Shown here: piece after piece, positions 29,030 through 39,103 of the stretch
Layout of the letters: every line of letters begins with the position of its first letter
How positions within the stretch are numbered: the first letter of the stretch is position 1
From: a virus
DNA: 64,000 bases
Reading direction: 5' to 3' (one strand)
Virus record (IMG/VR): IMGVR_UViG_3300027804_000047
Coordinates: 53,626 to 117,625 of that record
Notes under the pieces: model-generated
Seen by the model: only the letters and a program-made list of their open reading frames with translations
What the model was told of the DNA's origin: nothing
The model's database searches: none
Translations under genes and position numbers: made by a program

Positions 29030-30519
29030 AATTAGTTATTATTGGTGGAGGTTCTGCTGGATGGATGAGCAGTCTTTTTCTTAAGAAAAGGTATCCTCAT
29101 TTTGATATTACAGTTATAAATAGTAGCAAATTAGATATCTTGGGTGCGGGAGAAGGAACTGTTGGAAACTCTAGTTTTGCATTTGATTATATGGAATTAG
29201 ATGCCTTTGAGTTTATTAAAAAAACAAAATCATCAATTAAAACTGGAGTCAGATTTACTGGATGGAATAAAGACACAGATTATTTTATGGGCCTTGCTCC
29301 AATGGCATATGAAGAAAATAATGATCTATATCCAAAGGTAGTGGCAACTGCTGCACAAAAATATAAATCTTTAAATAAATTAAATATGTATTATAGGCAG
29401 GCACTTGATGACAGACTTCCCTTTAAAAAATCAAACCTAACAAATAAATACTTTGCAGACTCTACCTTTATATGGAAGATGTGGGTTGCTTGGCATTTTG
29501 ATGCAAGACTTCTTGCTGCCTTCCTTGCTGAAAAAGCAGCAGAACGAGATATCAAGATAGTAGATAACATTGTTACATCCTTTGAATCTGATGACGATGG
29601 AAATATAAATAAAATTATCTTTGAAGATGATACATTTTTAGATTGTGATTTTATAATTGATTGCACTGGTTTTCAAAGACTTGTTATTGGAAAACATTTT
29701 AAATCTGAATGGATAGATTACAGCAAATATTTACCGCTAGATACTGGTCTAGCATTTATGTTACCTACAAAAGAGAATTTACCACCATATACAGAACTAA
29801 TAGCCATGAATGCTGGCTGGGTTTTTAACATACCTTTGCAGCATAGAACTGGTGCTGGATATCTATATTCTTCAAAATATATAACAGAAGAAGAAGCAAT
29901 AAAAGAAATAAAACAAAAATATGGAGATGTTCAAATAATAAAAAAGTTTTATTTTAATGCTGGACATTATAAAGAAAGTTGGATTAAGAATGTCATTGCA
30001 ATAGGCTTGTCCTCTGGATTTTTGGAACCAATGGAGGCAACCACGATACATGGAACTATAAGAATGTTATATAAATTAGTAGATACATTTGATTTAGAAA
30101 ATTATAATGAAAGTGATATTGAATATTTTAATGAACACCTACATAGATTCTATGCAGATTGTAGAGATTTTATTGCTATTCATTATATTACAAATAGAGA
30201 AGATACCCCGTTTTGGAAAAACTTTACAGTAGATAATGAATTATCAGATAACATTAAAAAGTTTTTAGAAAAAATGCAGCAACAAACTGTATACATACAC
30301 GAAGACATGGACTCCTGGGTATCAGACTTACATAAGGTATACTATGGATCATTAGGTACACATCTAAATGAACATGTTATTTCAAAAGAACTTGAAGATG
30401 GAGATGCTTTAAAAGAAATCGAAAGAATTGATGAAAGTTTTAGTTCACAATTAGAAGATTATATTAAAAATAAAGAGTTTTTTGATATGATTAATAATGA
30501 TGAGTTGACAATTAAATAA
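29026..30519 (+). CDS. Flavin-dependent (tryptophan-type) halogenase family protein
   Basis: GGGSAGW, GAGEGT, IKTG (catalytic Lys position), AWHFDA, DCTGF, GWVFNIPL, GFLEPMEAT. Confidence 0.88.
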   Translation: MKLVIIGGGSAGWMSSLFLKKRYPHFDITVINSSKLDILGAGEGTVGNSSFAFDYMELDAFEFIKKTKSSIKTGVRFTGWNKDTDYFMGLAPMAYEENNDLYPKVVATAAQKYKSLNKLNMYYRQALDDRLPFKKSNLTNKYFADSTFIWKMWVAWHFDARLLAAFLAEKAAERDIKIVDNIVTSFESDDDGNINKIIFEDDTFLDCDFIIDCTGFQRLVIGKHFKSEWIDYSKYLPLDTGLAFMLPTKENLPPYTELIAMNAGWVFNIPLQHRTGAGYLYSSKYITEEEAIKEIKQKYGDVQIIKKFYFNAGHYKESWIKNVIAIGLSSGFLEPMEATTIHGTIRMLYKLVDTFDLENYNESDIEYFNEHLHRFYADCRDFIAIHYITNREDTPFWKNFTVDNELSDNIKKFLEKMQQQTVYIHEDMDSWVSDLHKVYYGSLGTHLNEHVISKELEDGDALKEIERIDESFSSQLEDYIKNKEFFDMINNDELTIK

Positions 30520-30533
30520 CTGTGTGATACACT
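30505..30533 (+). promoter_or_regulatory. Sigma70-type promoter for ssb
   Basis: TTGACA, 17 nt, TACACT with TG extension. Confidence 0.65.
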
Positions 30534-30560
30534 ATAAATAACATAACAAAGGAGAAAACT

Positions 30561-31223
30561 ATGAGCGTTATTAAGGGACTAAAAAATATCAATGCCCTGC
30601 TCGATAAGAAAACAGATGAAACAGGTCCAAAGGTTCGCTGGCTTAAGTTGGCCGATGGACAAGCAGTAAAGATTCGATTCATTGAGGAATTAGATGAAGA
30701 CTCTGCAAATTATAATGATAAGCGTGGACTTGCACTTGTTGTAAAGGAACACACAAATCCAAAAGACTATAAGCGTAAGGCTGTAGATACTCTTGATACA
30801 GAAGGTCGTGACTGGGCTGAAGAAATGTATCGCAAAGATCCTAAAGGAAATAGCGGATGGCGTGGTCGTCTTCGTTTTTATTGTAATGTACTTGTAGACG
30901 ATGGTATTGAAGATAAGCCTTATGTTGCTATATGGTCTATGGGTGTAAGCAAGCAATCTGCATTTAATACAATTCGTGAGTATGCTCTTGAAACAGGTAG
31001 CATCTCAAATATTGTATGGAAATTGAAGCGTAATGGTCAAGGTACTGAGACATCTTATACTCTAATTCCATCTGCTCCAGATAAGGAGCCTTTTAACTGG
31101 GAAGGCGTTGAGCCATATCCACTAGAGAAGGCGTTGCGTCGTGTTCCATATGCGGAGCAAGAAGCATTTTATCTTGGATTTGATTCACCTTCATCTACAT
31201 CAGCGACGAATATCGATTGGTAG
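30561..31223 (+). CDS. Single-stranded DNA-binding protein (gp32-like)
   Basis: KL.DG..VKIRF, KR.GQG.ET.Y motifs; C-terminal acidic-aromatic IDW; lies between primase and polymerase. Confidence 0.75.
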   Translation: MSVIKGLKNINALLDKKTDETGPKVRWLKLADGQAVKIRFIEELDEDSANYNDKRGLALVVKEHTNPKDYKRKAVDTLDTEGRDWAEEMYRKDPKGNSGWRGRLRFYCNVLVDDGIEDKPYVAIWSMGVSKQSAFNTIREYALETGSISNIVWKLKRNGQGTETSYTLIPSAPDKEPFNWEGVEPYPLEKALRRVPYAEQEAFYLGFDSPSSTSATNIDW

Positions 31224-31232
31224 TATAGATTG

Positions 31233-31256
31233 CTGGGGGGTGTAAAAGCCCCCCAG
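31233..31256 (+). terminator. GC-rich hairpin after ssb
   Basis: CTGGGGGG...CCCCCCAG inverted repeat; lacks a U-tract. Confidence 0.5.
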
Positions 31257-31264
31257 ATATAACT

Positions 31265-31978
31265 ATGAAAAAAATTGAATTTATAACTAATAATAAAAAT
31301 GTTTTGCTGGGTGTTAGTTCACCAAAACCAGCACAAGAATATATACCTCAGTGGTATAAAGATTCTAAATCATTTTTTACAAGCAATTCTATTAGTTTTG
31401 ATAAAAATTTAAATATGACTAAAACAGCAAAACTATGCATTCCAGTTTTAGATTCTATGACATCTGGATATATTCAAGAAACTTGGACAGATATATATAT
31501 AGAAAGAAATGGAAAAGAAATTAAATATGTTTTTGCTGACTCGTCTATTCCAATATTTTCTTCAAGAGATAAAAGAACTATACAGAATATGCCTATACCC
31601 ACAGGACACCTAGATATACTATTTCACTGGAATAGGGTGTGGTGTCCAAAGGTGCCAAAGGGATATAGTGTTTTGTTTAAGCATCCATCCTATAGAGATG
31701 ATTTGCCTTTTACAAGTATATCTGGAATAATAGATTCTGATGAATTTATACTTAATGGAAAGGTAGGATTTTTTATTAAGGATAATTTTACAGGTTTAAT
31801 TCCTAAAGGAACACCAATGTATCAAATGATTCCTTTTAAAAGAGATGATTGGAAATCTGAAAGTAGAATGTTGGAAGATGAAGAAAAAGATAATTGGCAC
31901 CGTATCGCAAATAATATCACCAGTGTTTTTACTGGCGGGTATAAAAAGAAATATTGGAAAAGAAAGAAATATACTTAA
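31265..31978 (+). CDS. Hypothetical protein, possible dUTPase-like beta fold; paralog of 56678..57403
   Basis: P.WYK, K.C.P.LD.MT.GY, LPF...SGI.D.D, IPKGTP..Q.IPF motifs shared. Confidence 0.6.
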   Translation: MKKIEFITNNKNVLLGVSSPKPAQEYIPQWYKDSKSFFTSNSISFDKNLNMTKTAKLCIPVLDSMTSGYIQETWTDIYIERNGKEIKYVFADSSIPIFSSRDKRTIQNMPIPTGHLDILFHWNRVWCPKVPKGYSVLFKHPSYRDDLPFTSISGIIDSDEFILNGKVGFFIKDNFTGLIPKGTPMYQMIPFKRDDWKSESRMLEDEEKDNWHRIANNITSVFTGGYKKKYWKRKKYT

Positions 31979-34900
31979 TGATTAACTATGTACCACTACA
32001 CCTGCATACTCACTTTTCATTATTTGACGGGATTGGGTTGCCGTCAGAATATGTTGAACGTGCTACAAAGTTGGGTATGCCAGCAATAGGAATTACAGAC
32101 CATGGCTCCCTTTCTGGCCACAGAGAAATGTATCGTGTTGCTAAAGCAAGTGGTATCAAACCTATTCTTGGCATAGAGGGATATATGTGCGAAGATCGCT
32201 TTGACAAAAGAGACAAAGAGGATCGCAAGACACCATTAGATATGGTTTATAACCATATTATTCTTCTTGCCAAGAATAAGGTTGGTTTAGAGAATCTTAA
32301 CAAATTAAATGAAATTGCTTGGACAGAAGGATATTATAAAAAGCCAAGAATAGATTTTGAAGTACTTTCCAAATACAAAGAAGGTATTATAGTTTCATCT
32401 GCATGCCCAAGTGGAATTATTGCTAAGTCAATCGAACTTGGTGAACTTGGAATGGCAAAGAAATATATAAAGTGGTTTAAAGAAGAGTTTGGTGACGATT
32501 ATTATCTTGAGGTAATGCCTCATAATGATGAATCAATAAATAGAACTATTTTACAATTAGCAGATGAGTTCAAGATTAAGCCTATTGTAACTCCAGACTG
32601 TCATCACGTTGATCAATCACAAAAAGAAATTCAGGAATTAAAACTTATTTTAAATACTTATTCTAATAAGATTCAAAAAGATGCTACATACGAAAAGTCA
32701 AAAAAGCAGGGCGATTTAATGAAGCGTCTTGATTATTTGTATGGCGCAGATAGACAAATGTCATTTAATAAGTTTGACATTCACCTACTTTCATATGAAG
32801 AAATTCAGGCTGCTATGGAAAAGCAAGCAGTATGGAGAACAGATATTTATGAAAATACAATTGATCTTGCTAATAAGATTGAAGATTATGATATCCAGGA
32901 TGGTCTAAATCTTTTGCCTGTTCAGTATAAAAATCCAGATAAGCAACTAAAAGATTTAGCAATGCAAGGCTTAGTAGATAAAGGGCTTAATAAAAATCAA
33001 GAATATCTTGATAGACTTGAAGAAGAATTAAAGGTTATTCAAGATAAAAAATTTGGTCCATACTTCCTTGTTGTTCAGAGCATGATCTCTTGGGCAAAAA
33101 AGGAAGGAATTATGGTTGGTCCAGGTCGTGGTTCATCTGCTGGCTCTTTACTGTGCTATGCACTTGGTATTACTGATATTGATCCATTAAAGCACGGACT
33201 TCTATTCTTCCGTTTTATTAATCCAGAGCGTAATGATTTTCCAGATATTGATACAGATATTCAAGATTCTCGTCGTGATGAGGTAAAAGATTATCTTGTT
33301 AGACAGTACAAACATGTTGCATCTATTGCTACATTCTTAGAGTTTAAAGATAAAGGTGTAGTTCGAGATGTTGCTCGTGCACTAAACATACCTTTAGTAG
33401 ATGTAAATAAAGTTTTAAAGTTAGTAGATACTTGGGACGAATACTGTTCATCAAAAACTACTGCTTGGTTTAGAGAAAAATATCCAGAGGTGGAGCAATA
33501 TGGAGAACAATTACGTGGTCGTATTAGAGGTACTGGCATACACGCTGCTGGTGTTGTCACTAGTAAAAATCCTATTTTTAGGTACGCACCGTTGGAGACA
33601 CGTTCTTCTCCTGGTTCCGATGACCGCATACCTGTTGTGGCGGTGGACATGGAAGAGGCTGAGAAAATCGGACTCATCAAAATCGACGCACTTGGTCTTA
33701 AAACCTTAAGCGTTATTAACGATACATTAAATATTATCAAGGAGCGAGAGGGCACTGAGATAAATCTTTTAAGTCTTGACATGGATGATTCCAAGGTATA
33801 TCAGATGCTTTCTGAGGGTTATACAAAGGGCGTGTTCCAATGTGAAGCCACACCCTATACCAACCTACTTGTTAAGATGGGTGTAAAGAATTTAGCAGAA
33901 CTTGCTGCTTCTAACGCCTTGGTTCGTCCAGGTGCAATGAATACTATTGGCAAGGACTATATTGAACGTAAGCACGGTAGACAGGCAGTAAATTATCTGC
34001 ATCAAACTATGAAACCATTCACACAAGAAACATATGGGTGTATCCTATACCAAGAGCAGGTTATGCAGGCCTGTGTTGAACTTGGAGGGATGTCTTGGTC
34101 TGAAGCGGATAAAGTTCGTAAGATCATTGGTAAAAAGAAAGATGCTAGAGAATTTGATGCTTTTCGTGATAGGTTCGTTGATGGTGCTTCTAAGTTTATT
34201 AGTCCTAACCAGGCTCGTGATTTATGGCATGACTTTGAGGCGCATGCGGGTTATTCGTTCAACAAGTCTCATGCGGTTGCTTACTCTACGCTCTCGTATT
34301 GGACGGCATGGCTAAAGTACTATTATCCAATTGAGTTTATGTATTCACTACTTAAGAATGAAAGGGATAAAGATGCACGAACTGAATATCTTATTGAAGC
34401 GAAAAGAATGGGCATTAGCATTAAATTACCTCACATTAACGATTCGGATATTGATTTTAAAATTGAGGGTAAGGGTATTCGGTTTGGATTGTCGGGGATC
34501 AAGTTTATCTCTGATAAGATTGCAGAACGATATATATCGGCACGACCTTTTAAGTCTTTCGAGGAAGTTAAAGCCTTTACATTTACGAAAGGTAATGGAG
34601 TCAACAGCAGAGCATTAGAAGCATTAAGAATTATTGGTGCTGTAACTTTTTCAGACAATCCTAGAAACGATGATGAATTAAGAGAAAATCTTTATGAGTA
34701 TTTAGGTTTGCCAGAGTTCACACAAACAGTTCCGTCTCACTACCATGCGTTCATTAATCCTGTAGAGGACTTTGAGGAAAAGGGTTCATTTATTTTAATG
34801 GGTATGGTAAAAGGAATTAAGCGTGGTAAAGGTTGGTCTCGTGTTGAAATATTAGATAAGACTGGAAGTATTGGAGTATTTGATGAAGAGCAAACAACGA

Positions 34901-35259
34901 TTGAGGCTGGACGAAGTTATATTGCACTCTGTTCTGATAACAGAATTGTTAGTGCTGTTCCTGTGGACGAGATAAAGGGATCTGACTCTGCTTTAGTTAA
35001 ATTCTTAAACTATAGAATGTTGCCATATAAAGATGATGAGTTATTTGTGGTATCCTTTAAACCTAGGATAACAAAAGCAGGAAAAAAGATGGCTTCTCTA
35101 ACTTTAGCAGACACATCTAGAGAACTTCATCCAGTAACAGTGTTCCCTACTGCATTTGCTAAAGCATACATGAAGATTGAAGAAGGACACGCATATAAAT
35201 TTGAATTAGGTAAAACTAAAGACGGTACAGTAATATTGGAGGATATAAATGTCGGTTAG
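31978..35259 (+). CDS. dnaE: DNA polymerase III alpha subunit
   Basis: PHP motifs HLHTHFS and TDHG; GRGSSAGS; PDIDTD; GIHAAGVV; FNKSH; C-terminal OB folds. Confidence 0.97.
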   Translation: MINYVPLHLHTHFSLFDGIGLPSEYVERATKLGMPAIGITDHGSLSGHREMYRVAKASGIKPILGIEGYMCEDRFDKRDKEDRKTPLDMVYNHIILLAKNKVGLENLNKLNEIAWTEGYYKKPRIDFEVLSKYKEGIIVSSACPSGIIAKSIELGELGMAKKYIKWFKEEFGDDYYLEVMPHNDESINRTILQLADEFKIKPIVTPDCHHVDQSQKEIQELKLILNTYSNKIQKDATYEKSKKQGDLMKRLDYLYGADRQMSFNKFDIHLLSYEEIQAAMEKQAVWRTDIYENTIDLANKIEDYDIQDGLNLLPVQYKNPDKQLKDLAMQGLVDKGLNKNQEYLDRLEEELKVIQDKKFGPYFLVVQSMISWAKKEGIMVGPGRGSSAGSLLCYALGITDIDPLKHGLLFFRFINPERNDFPDIDTDIQDSRRDEVKDYLVRQYKHVASIATFLEFKDKGVVRDVARALNIPLVDVNKVLKLVDTWDEYCSSKTTAWFREKYPEVEQYGEQLRGRIRGTGIHAAGVVTSKNPIFRYAPLETRSSPGSDDRIPVVAVDMEEAEKIGLIKIDALGLKTLSVINDTLNIIKEREGTEINLLSLDMDDSKVYQMLSEGYTKGVFQCEATPYTNLLVKMGVKNLAELAASNALVRPGAMNTIGKDYIERKHGRQAVNYLHQTMKPFTQETYGCILYQEQVMQACVELGGMSWSEADKVRKIIGKKKDAREFDAFRDRFVDGASKFISPNQARDLWHDFEAHAGYSFNKSHAVAYSTLSYWTAWLKYYYPIEFMYSLLKNERDKDARTEYLIEAKRMGISIKLPHINDSDIDFKIEGKGIRFGLSGIKFISDKIAERYISARPFKSFEEVKAFTFTKGNGVNSRALEALRIIGAVTFSDNPRNDDELRENLYEYLGLPEFTQTVPSHYHAFINPVEDFEEKGSFILMGMVKGIKRGKGWSRVEILDKTGSIGVFDEEQTTIEAGRSYIALCSDNRIVSAVPVDEIKGSDSALVKFLNYRMLPYKDDELFVVSFKPRITKAGKKMASLTLADTSRELHPVTVFPTAFAKAYMKIEEGHAYKFELGKTKDGTVILEDINVG

Positions 35260-36262
35260 TCTTGAAGATGTATTAGCACAACTAAATCCTAAATTAAGGA
35301 AGAGCATTCTTGTTGGAGACGAAGTTCCTAAGACAGAATATGCCACAACACCAAGTTTTGGATTAAACCGTGCATTAAATGGTGGGCTACCATATGGAAG
35401 ACAGGTTCTTGTTTGGGGTAGCAAGTCAAGTGCAAAATCATCCTTATGTCTTCAAACAATTGCATTAGCACAAAAAGAAGGAAAGATCTGTGCATGGATA
35501 GATGCAGAAATGTCATACGACAAAGAGTGGGCAGAAAAGTTAGGTGTAGATACTTCAAAATTAATTGTTTCGCAGGCAAGAACTATTAATGAAATGGTAG
35601 ATGTTGGAGTAAATCTAATTGAGGCTGGAGTTGACATAATTGTTGTTGACTCGATTACCTCTTTGCTTCCAGCAATTTATTTTGAAAAAGATTCATCAGA
35701 GTTAAAGCAGTTAGAAAATACAAAACAAATTGGTGCAGAGTCTCGTGACTTTAGTAATGCTTGGAAGATGCTTAACTATGCAAACAATAAGGTTAAGCCA
35801 ACATTATTAATTCTTATTTCTCAATCCAGAAATAATATTAATGCAATGTACACAAGTCAGCAACCAACTGGTGGTCAGGCTACTAAATTTTATTCATCAA
35901 CTGTAGTAAAACTGTTTTCGTCTGAATCAGATAATCAGGCACTGAAAGGAAAAATATATGTTGGCGACAAGGCTATTGAAGAAAAGATTGGTAGAAAGAT
36001 TAGATGGGAACTCCAGTTTTCCAAAACTTCTCCTGCTTTTCAGTCTGGTGAGTATGATTTCTATTTTAGAGGCGATAACCTGGGCATTGATGGGGTCGCT
36101 GATCTTGTTGACACTGCTGAACTTGTGGGCATAGTTGAAAGAACTGGCGCATGGTATTTACTTCCAGATGGTTCAAAAGTCCAAGGTAGAGAAGCATTTG
36201 TTAATCGTGTAAGAGAGGATCTTGATCTACAAGATATGATTAAGAATAAAATCAGTGGATAA
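35249..36262 (+). CDS. recA: RecA-like recombinase
   Basis: LNRALNGGLPYGR, variant Walker A GSKSSAKS, IDAE, VVDS, TGG.A.KFY. Confidence 0.92.
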   Translation: MSVSLEDVLAQLNPKLRKSILVGDEVPKTEYATTPSFGLNRALNGGLPYGRQVLVWGSKSSAKSSLCLQTIALAQKEGKICAWIDAEMSYDKEWAEKLGVDTSKLIVSQARTINEMVDVGVNLIEAGVDIIVVDSITSLLPAIYFEKDSSELKQLENTKQIGAESRDFSNAWKMLNYANNKVKPTLLILISQSRNNINAMYTSQQPTGGQATKFYSSTVVKLFSSESDNQALKGKIYVGDKAIEEKIGRKIRWELQFSKTSPAFQSGEYDFYFRGDNLGIDGVADLVDTAELVGIVERTGAWYLLPDGSKVQGREAFVNRVREDLDLQDMIKNKISG

Positions 36263-36431
36263 GTATACTATTTATGAGGGAAAATTTCCTTGTAGAACCT
36301 GTAAAAAAGAAGTAAAAACTATTAGGATGTACCCATCAACTGGAATGGCTTCCTGGATGTGCTCAGACAAACATTTGTCAGAAGTACAATTATATAAGGT
36401 TGGATACAAGAAAGTTAAAAGGAATGACTGA
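36255..36431 (+). CDS. Small zinc-finger protein (58 aa, not in ORF track)
   Basis: GTG start; MDKYTIYEGKFPCRTC...MCSDKH; fills the recA-resolvase gap. Confidence 0.6.
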   Translation: MDKYTIYEGKFPCRTCKKEVKTIRMYPSTGMASWMCSDKHLSEVQLYKVGYKKVKRND

Positions 36432-36714
36432 AAAAAACGAAAGCAAAAGACTGGGTGCTAAGCAGCATAAAAATTCTGGTAGAAATACTAAGAAGGGCGA
36501 TGCTACTTGGGAAAACTTTACTGTAGATTTTAAGGAAAACTCAAAATCTTTTACGCTCAATCAAGACGTATGGGCTAAAGCAACAACAGATGCAATACGA
36601 AATGGCAATGATCCAGCCATCGTTGTGGTACTTGGCGAGGGATCTAAAAAGGTAAGGCTTGCTATAATAGAGTTAGAACTACTAGAACAGATGGTGAATA
36701 ATGGAACAGAATAA
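36424..36714 (+). CDS. Holliday junction resolvase, PD-(D/E)xK type
   Basis: NSG...KGDA...VDFK. Confidence 0.7.
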   Translation: MTEKNESKRLGAKQHKNSGRNTKKGDATWENFTVDFKENSKSFTLNQDVWAKATTDAIRNGNDPAIVVVLGEGSKKVRLAIIELELLEQMVNNGTE

Positions 36715-37006
36715 TACAACGCTTGAGATGGTAAACGGTTTGTCAGAAATTGCAGACTACATGGAAGATGAAGAGTTAACAACAGCACTTACATTTATTG
36801 CCAAAATAATTATTAAGCCAGATATACCTATGAACGTTGCTACATTAGAGATAGTAAGATTGCAAGCAATTGCTGCTAAGATGGCTTTTAAGGCTACATG
36901 GATGGCCAATGTGGACAAATCAGATCGTGGTAAAAAGAATATTTATTATACCGCAGCAGAATCTATAAACAATTTAGTATCTGCTCTTAAATATATAACT
37001 CGATGA
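36701..37006 (+). CDS. Hypothetical protein
   Basis: Coupled ORF in recombination block. Confidence 0.6.
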   Translation: MEQNNTTLEMVNGLSEIADYMEDEELTTALTFIAKIIIKPDIPMNVATLEIVRLQAIAAKMAFKATWMANVDKSDRGKKNIYYTAAESINNLVSALKYITR

Positions 37007-37039
37007 GATCTGATATAATTATATAAACAAAGGATAAAA

Positions 37040-37903
37040 ATGGCTAAAAATTTACTAAAAGAAATAATGATAAAGGGTCCTGATAAAAATAAAACATCAG
37101 GAACTACAGAAGATACAAGTTTTATTGACGGTCTAATAGAAAAAATAGAATCTGGCTATATGGTAAAAACCAAACCAAGATTTACTAAAAAAAGTAATTT
37201 TTCTGCATCTGGATTAACTTATGGTGCAGGTGAATGTCCTAGATATTGGTATCTTGCATTTGATGGACAGGTGCATTATGATAACTCAGATGCCTATGGT
37301 GTTGCTAATAGAACAAATGGAACTTTAGGACACGAAAGAATTCAAGAGGCTATAGAGGCTTCTGGTTTACTTGACTCCACTATGGAGATAGATCCGTTAC
37401 CAAGAAAATATAATAAACAGACTCACCCAGCAATGGAATTTAGAGTTAAAACAGAAGATCCACCATTTGATGGTTATGCAGATGTTATGCTTAACATCAA
37501 TGACGAAAGAGTAATTGGTGAAATTAAAACTATAACTAATGAAGGATTTGAGTATAAAAAGAATAGTAGAAAGCCTAAGATGGGTCATCTTATGCAACTA
37601 CTAATGTATATGAAGGTTTGGAAAATTGGCAAGGGTGTAATGATTTATGAAAATAAAAATAATCATGAGTTGCTAACTTTACCAGTAGTAGTAAACGATC
37701 ATTACCGTCGGTGGGTAGACCAGGCATTTGATTGGATGAGAACAGTTCATAAGAGTTGGATAGATAGAGAGTTGCCACAAAAACCTTATCGATCTAATTC
37801 TAAAATATGTAAAACCTGTCCAATTCAAAAAGCATGCGCTGAAGCAGAGACAGGGGTAGTTAAAATTAAACCTCTGGAGTTGCTGGAAAATGAAAAACTG
37901 TAG
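37040..37903 (+). CDS. Cas4-like PD-(D/E)xK exonuclease
   Basis: CPR, GTLGH, G.AD, EIKT, QL.MY, C..CP...AC Fe-S motif. Confidence 0.85.
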   Translation: MAKNLLKEIMIKGPDKNKTSGTTEDTSFIDGLIEKIESGYMVKTKPRFTKKSNFSASGLTYGAGECPRYWYLAFDGQVHYDNSDAYGVANRTNGTLGHERIQEAIEASGLLDSTMEIDPLPRKYNKQTHPAMEFRVKTEDPPFDGYADVMLNINDERVIGEIKTITNEGFEYKKNSRKPKMGHLMQLLMYMKVWKIGKGVMIYENKNNHELLTLPVVVNDHYRRWVDQAFDWMRTVHKSWIDRELPQKPYRSNSKICKTCPIQKACAEAETGVVKIKPLELLENEKL

Positions 37904-38180
37904 ATGGTGTGATAAAGACTTCAATACTAAAATTTCATATCAGATATATTGTTCTGAAGAATGTAGAGATAACGCTACAAAAGAAAAAATAGCAGAAAGA
38001 TATATTTTAAATAGAAGACAAAAGCGAAAAGGAAAAAATCGCATTTGTAAGATGTGTAAAGAAAAATTATCTATTTATAATGATGAGCCATTATGCATAA
38101 AGTGCAACATAAATCCAAACGATGTTAAAAAAGCATTAAAAGAAATAAAAGGACTATCAAATGATAAAAGAAAGCAATAG
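37890..38180 (+). CDS. Zinc-finger protein
   Basis: CRWC, YCSEEC, CKMC, CIKC. Confidence 0.7.
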   Translation: MKNCRWCDKDFNTKISYQIYCSEECRDNATKEKIAERYILNRRQKRKGKNRICKMCKEKLSIYNDEPLCIKCNINPNDVKKALKEIKGLSNDKRKQ

Positions 38181-38727
38181 GCCAGAAAGAATTTGTGCTA
38201 TAGATGCAAGCACTAACAGTCTTGCCTATGCTACCTTTCATAATGGATATTTAAAAGAAATGGGTAAAATTAATTTTGAGGGCAGTGACGTATATCAAAA
38301 AGTAATTGATGCTGGTAAAAAATCAAAGGCTTTATTTCATCATCTTGTTAATGTTGATGCAATAGTTATTGAGCATACAGTATTTATGAATTCCCCTAAA
38401 ACAGCAGCAGATTTAGCATTAGTACAGGGAGCAATACTTAGTGGTGCAGGAATATCAGGAATAAAGAAAATAGGTAAAGTTTCTCCTATAACTTGGCAAA
38501 GTTATTTAGGAAATAAAAAATTAACAAAAGAAGAACAAATGCAGATAAGAATATCTAATCCAAACAAGTCCGCTTCTTGGTATAAGTCATATGAAAGAGA
38601 TTTTAGAAAACAAAGAACTATTAAATTATTGGATATTATTTATGATAAAAAAATAACAGATAATGATGTTGCAGATGCCTGTGGAATAGGACATTGGGCA
38701 ATAAATAATTGGGAAAGGGCTATATGA
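38161..38727 (+). CDS. ruvC: RuvC-like resolvase
   Basis: AIDAST, VIEH, P.TW, DVADACGI. Confidence 0.8.
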   Translation: MIKESNRPERICAIDASTNSLAYATFHNGYLKEMGKINFEGSDVYQKVIDAGKKSKALFHHLVNVDAIVIEHTVFMNSPKTAADLALVQGAILSGAGISGIKKIGKVSPITWQSYLGNKKLTKEEQMQIRISNPNKSASWYKSYERDFRKQRTIKLLDIIYDKKITDNDVADACGIGHWAINNWERAI

Positions 38728-38957
38728 ATAATTGGGATTTACAAAATTCTCTAATGTTAGAGCACCTTATTTTGCAGGGTGCAGTAGAAATGTCTGGAAT
38801 TGACAGCGATACTGGGGAAATGATATACTCTATTACAGAGAAACTTGAATCAGTTCATCCAAAACTGTATGCCTCAATGAAAAAAGATTTTGAAGAGCAT
38901 ATGTTTAAGTTAATTGATCAGGGTCCTAAAATAATGCAATGGAGGTTAAATTCATGA
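38724..38957 (+). CDS. Hypothetical protein; paralog of 54202..54528
   Basis: LIL.GA.E..GID..TGEM.Y..T.KL..VHP.L shared. Confidence 0.65.
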   Translation: MNNWDLQNSLMLEHLILQGAVEMSGIDSDTGEMIYSITEKLESVHPKLYASMKKDFEEHMFKLIDQGPKIMQWRLNS

Positions 38958-39103
38958 AGTTTTATACTAACGAGTTTTGGCTTCGTAAAAGATATACAGT
39001 TGATAAAAAATCTCCAAAAGAAATAGCAGAAGAATGTGGTGTTTCAATAGAAACAATTTATGTATATCTTGCTAAATTTGGATTAAGGAAATCAAAGCGA
39101 TGA
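38954..39103 (+). CDS. Small HTH protein (49 aa, not in ORF track)
   Basis: MKFYTNEFWLRKRY...SPKEIAEECGVSIETIYVYLAKFGL; GGAGG RBS; ATGA overlaps at both ends. Confidence 0.7.
   Translation: MKFYTNEFWLRKRYTVDKKSPKEIAEECGVSIETIYVYLAKFGLRKSKR

Noticed and set aside
33291-34658. Several overlapping ORFs within dnaE
   Set aside because: No RBS or recognisable motifs; explained by slightly higher GC and codon bias
37040-37903. CRISPR-Cas system suggested by the Cas4-like gene
   Set aside because: No repeat-spacer array or other cas genes seen; stand-alone Cas4-like nucleases are common in phage recombination blocks
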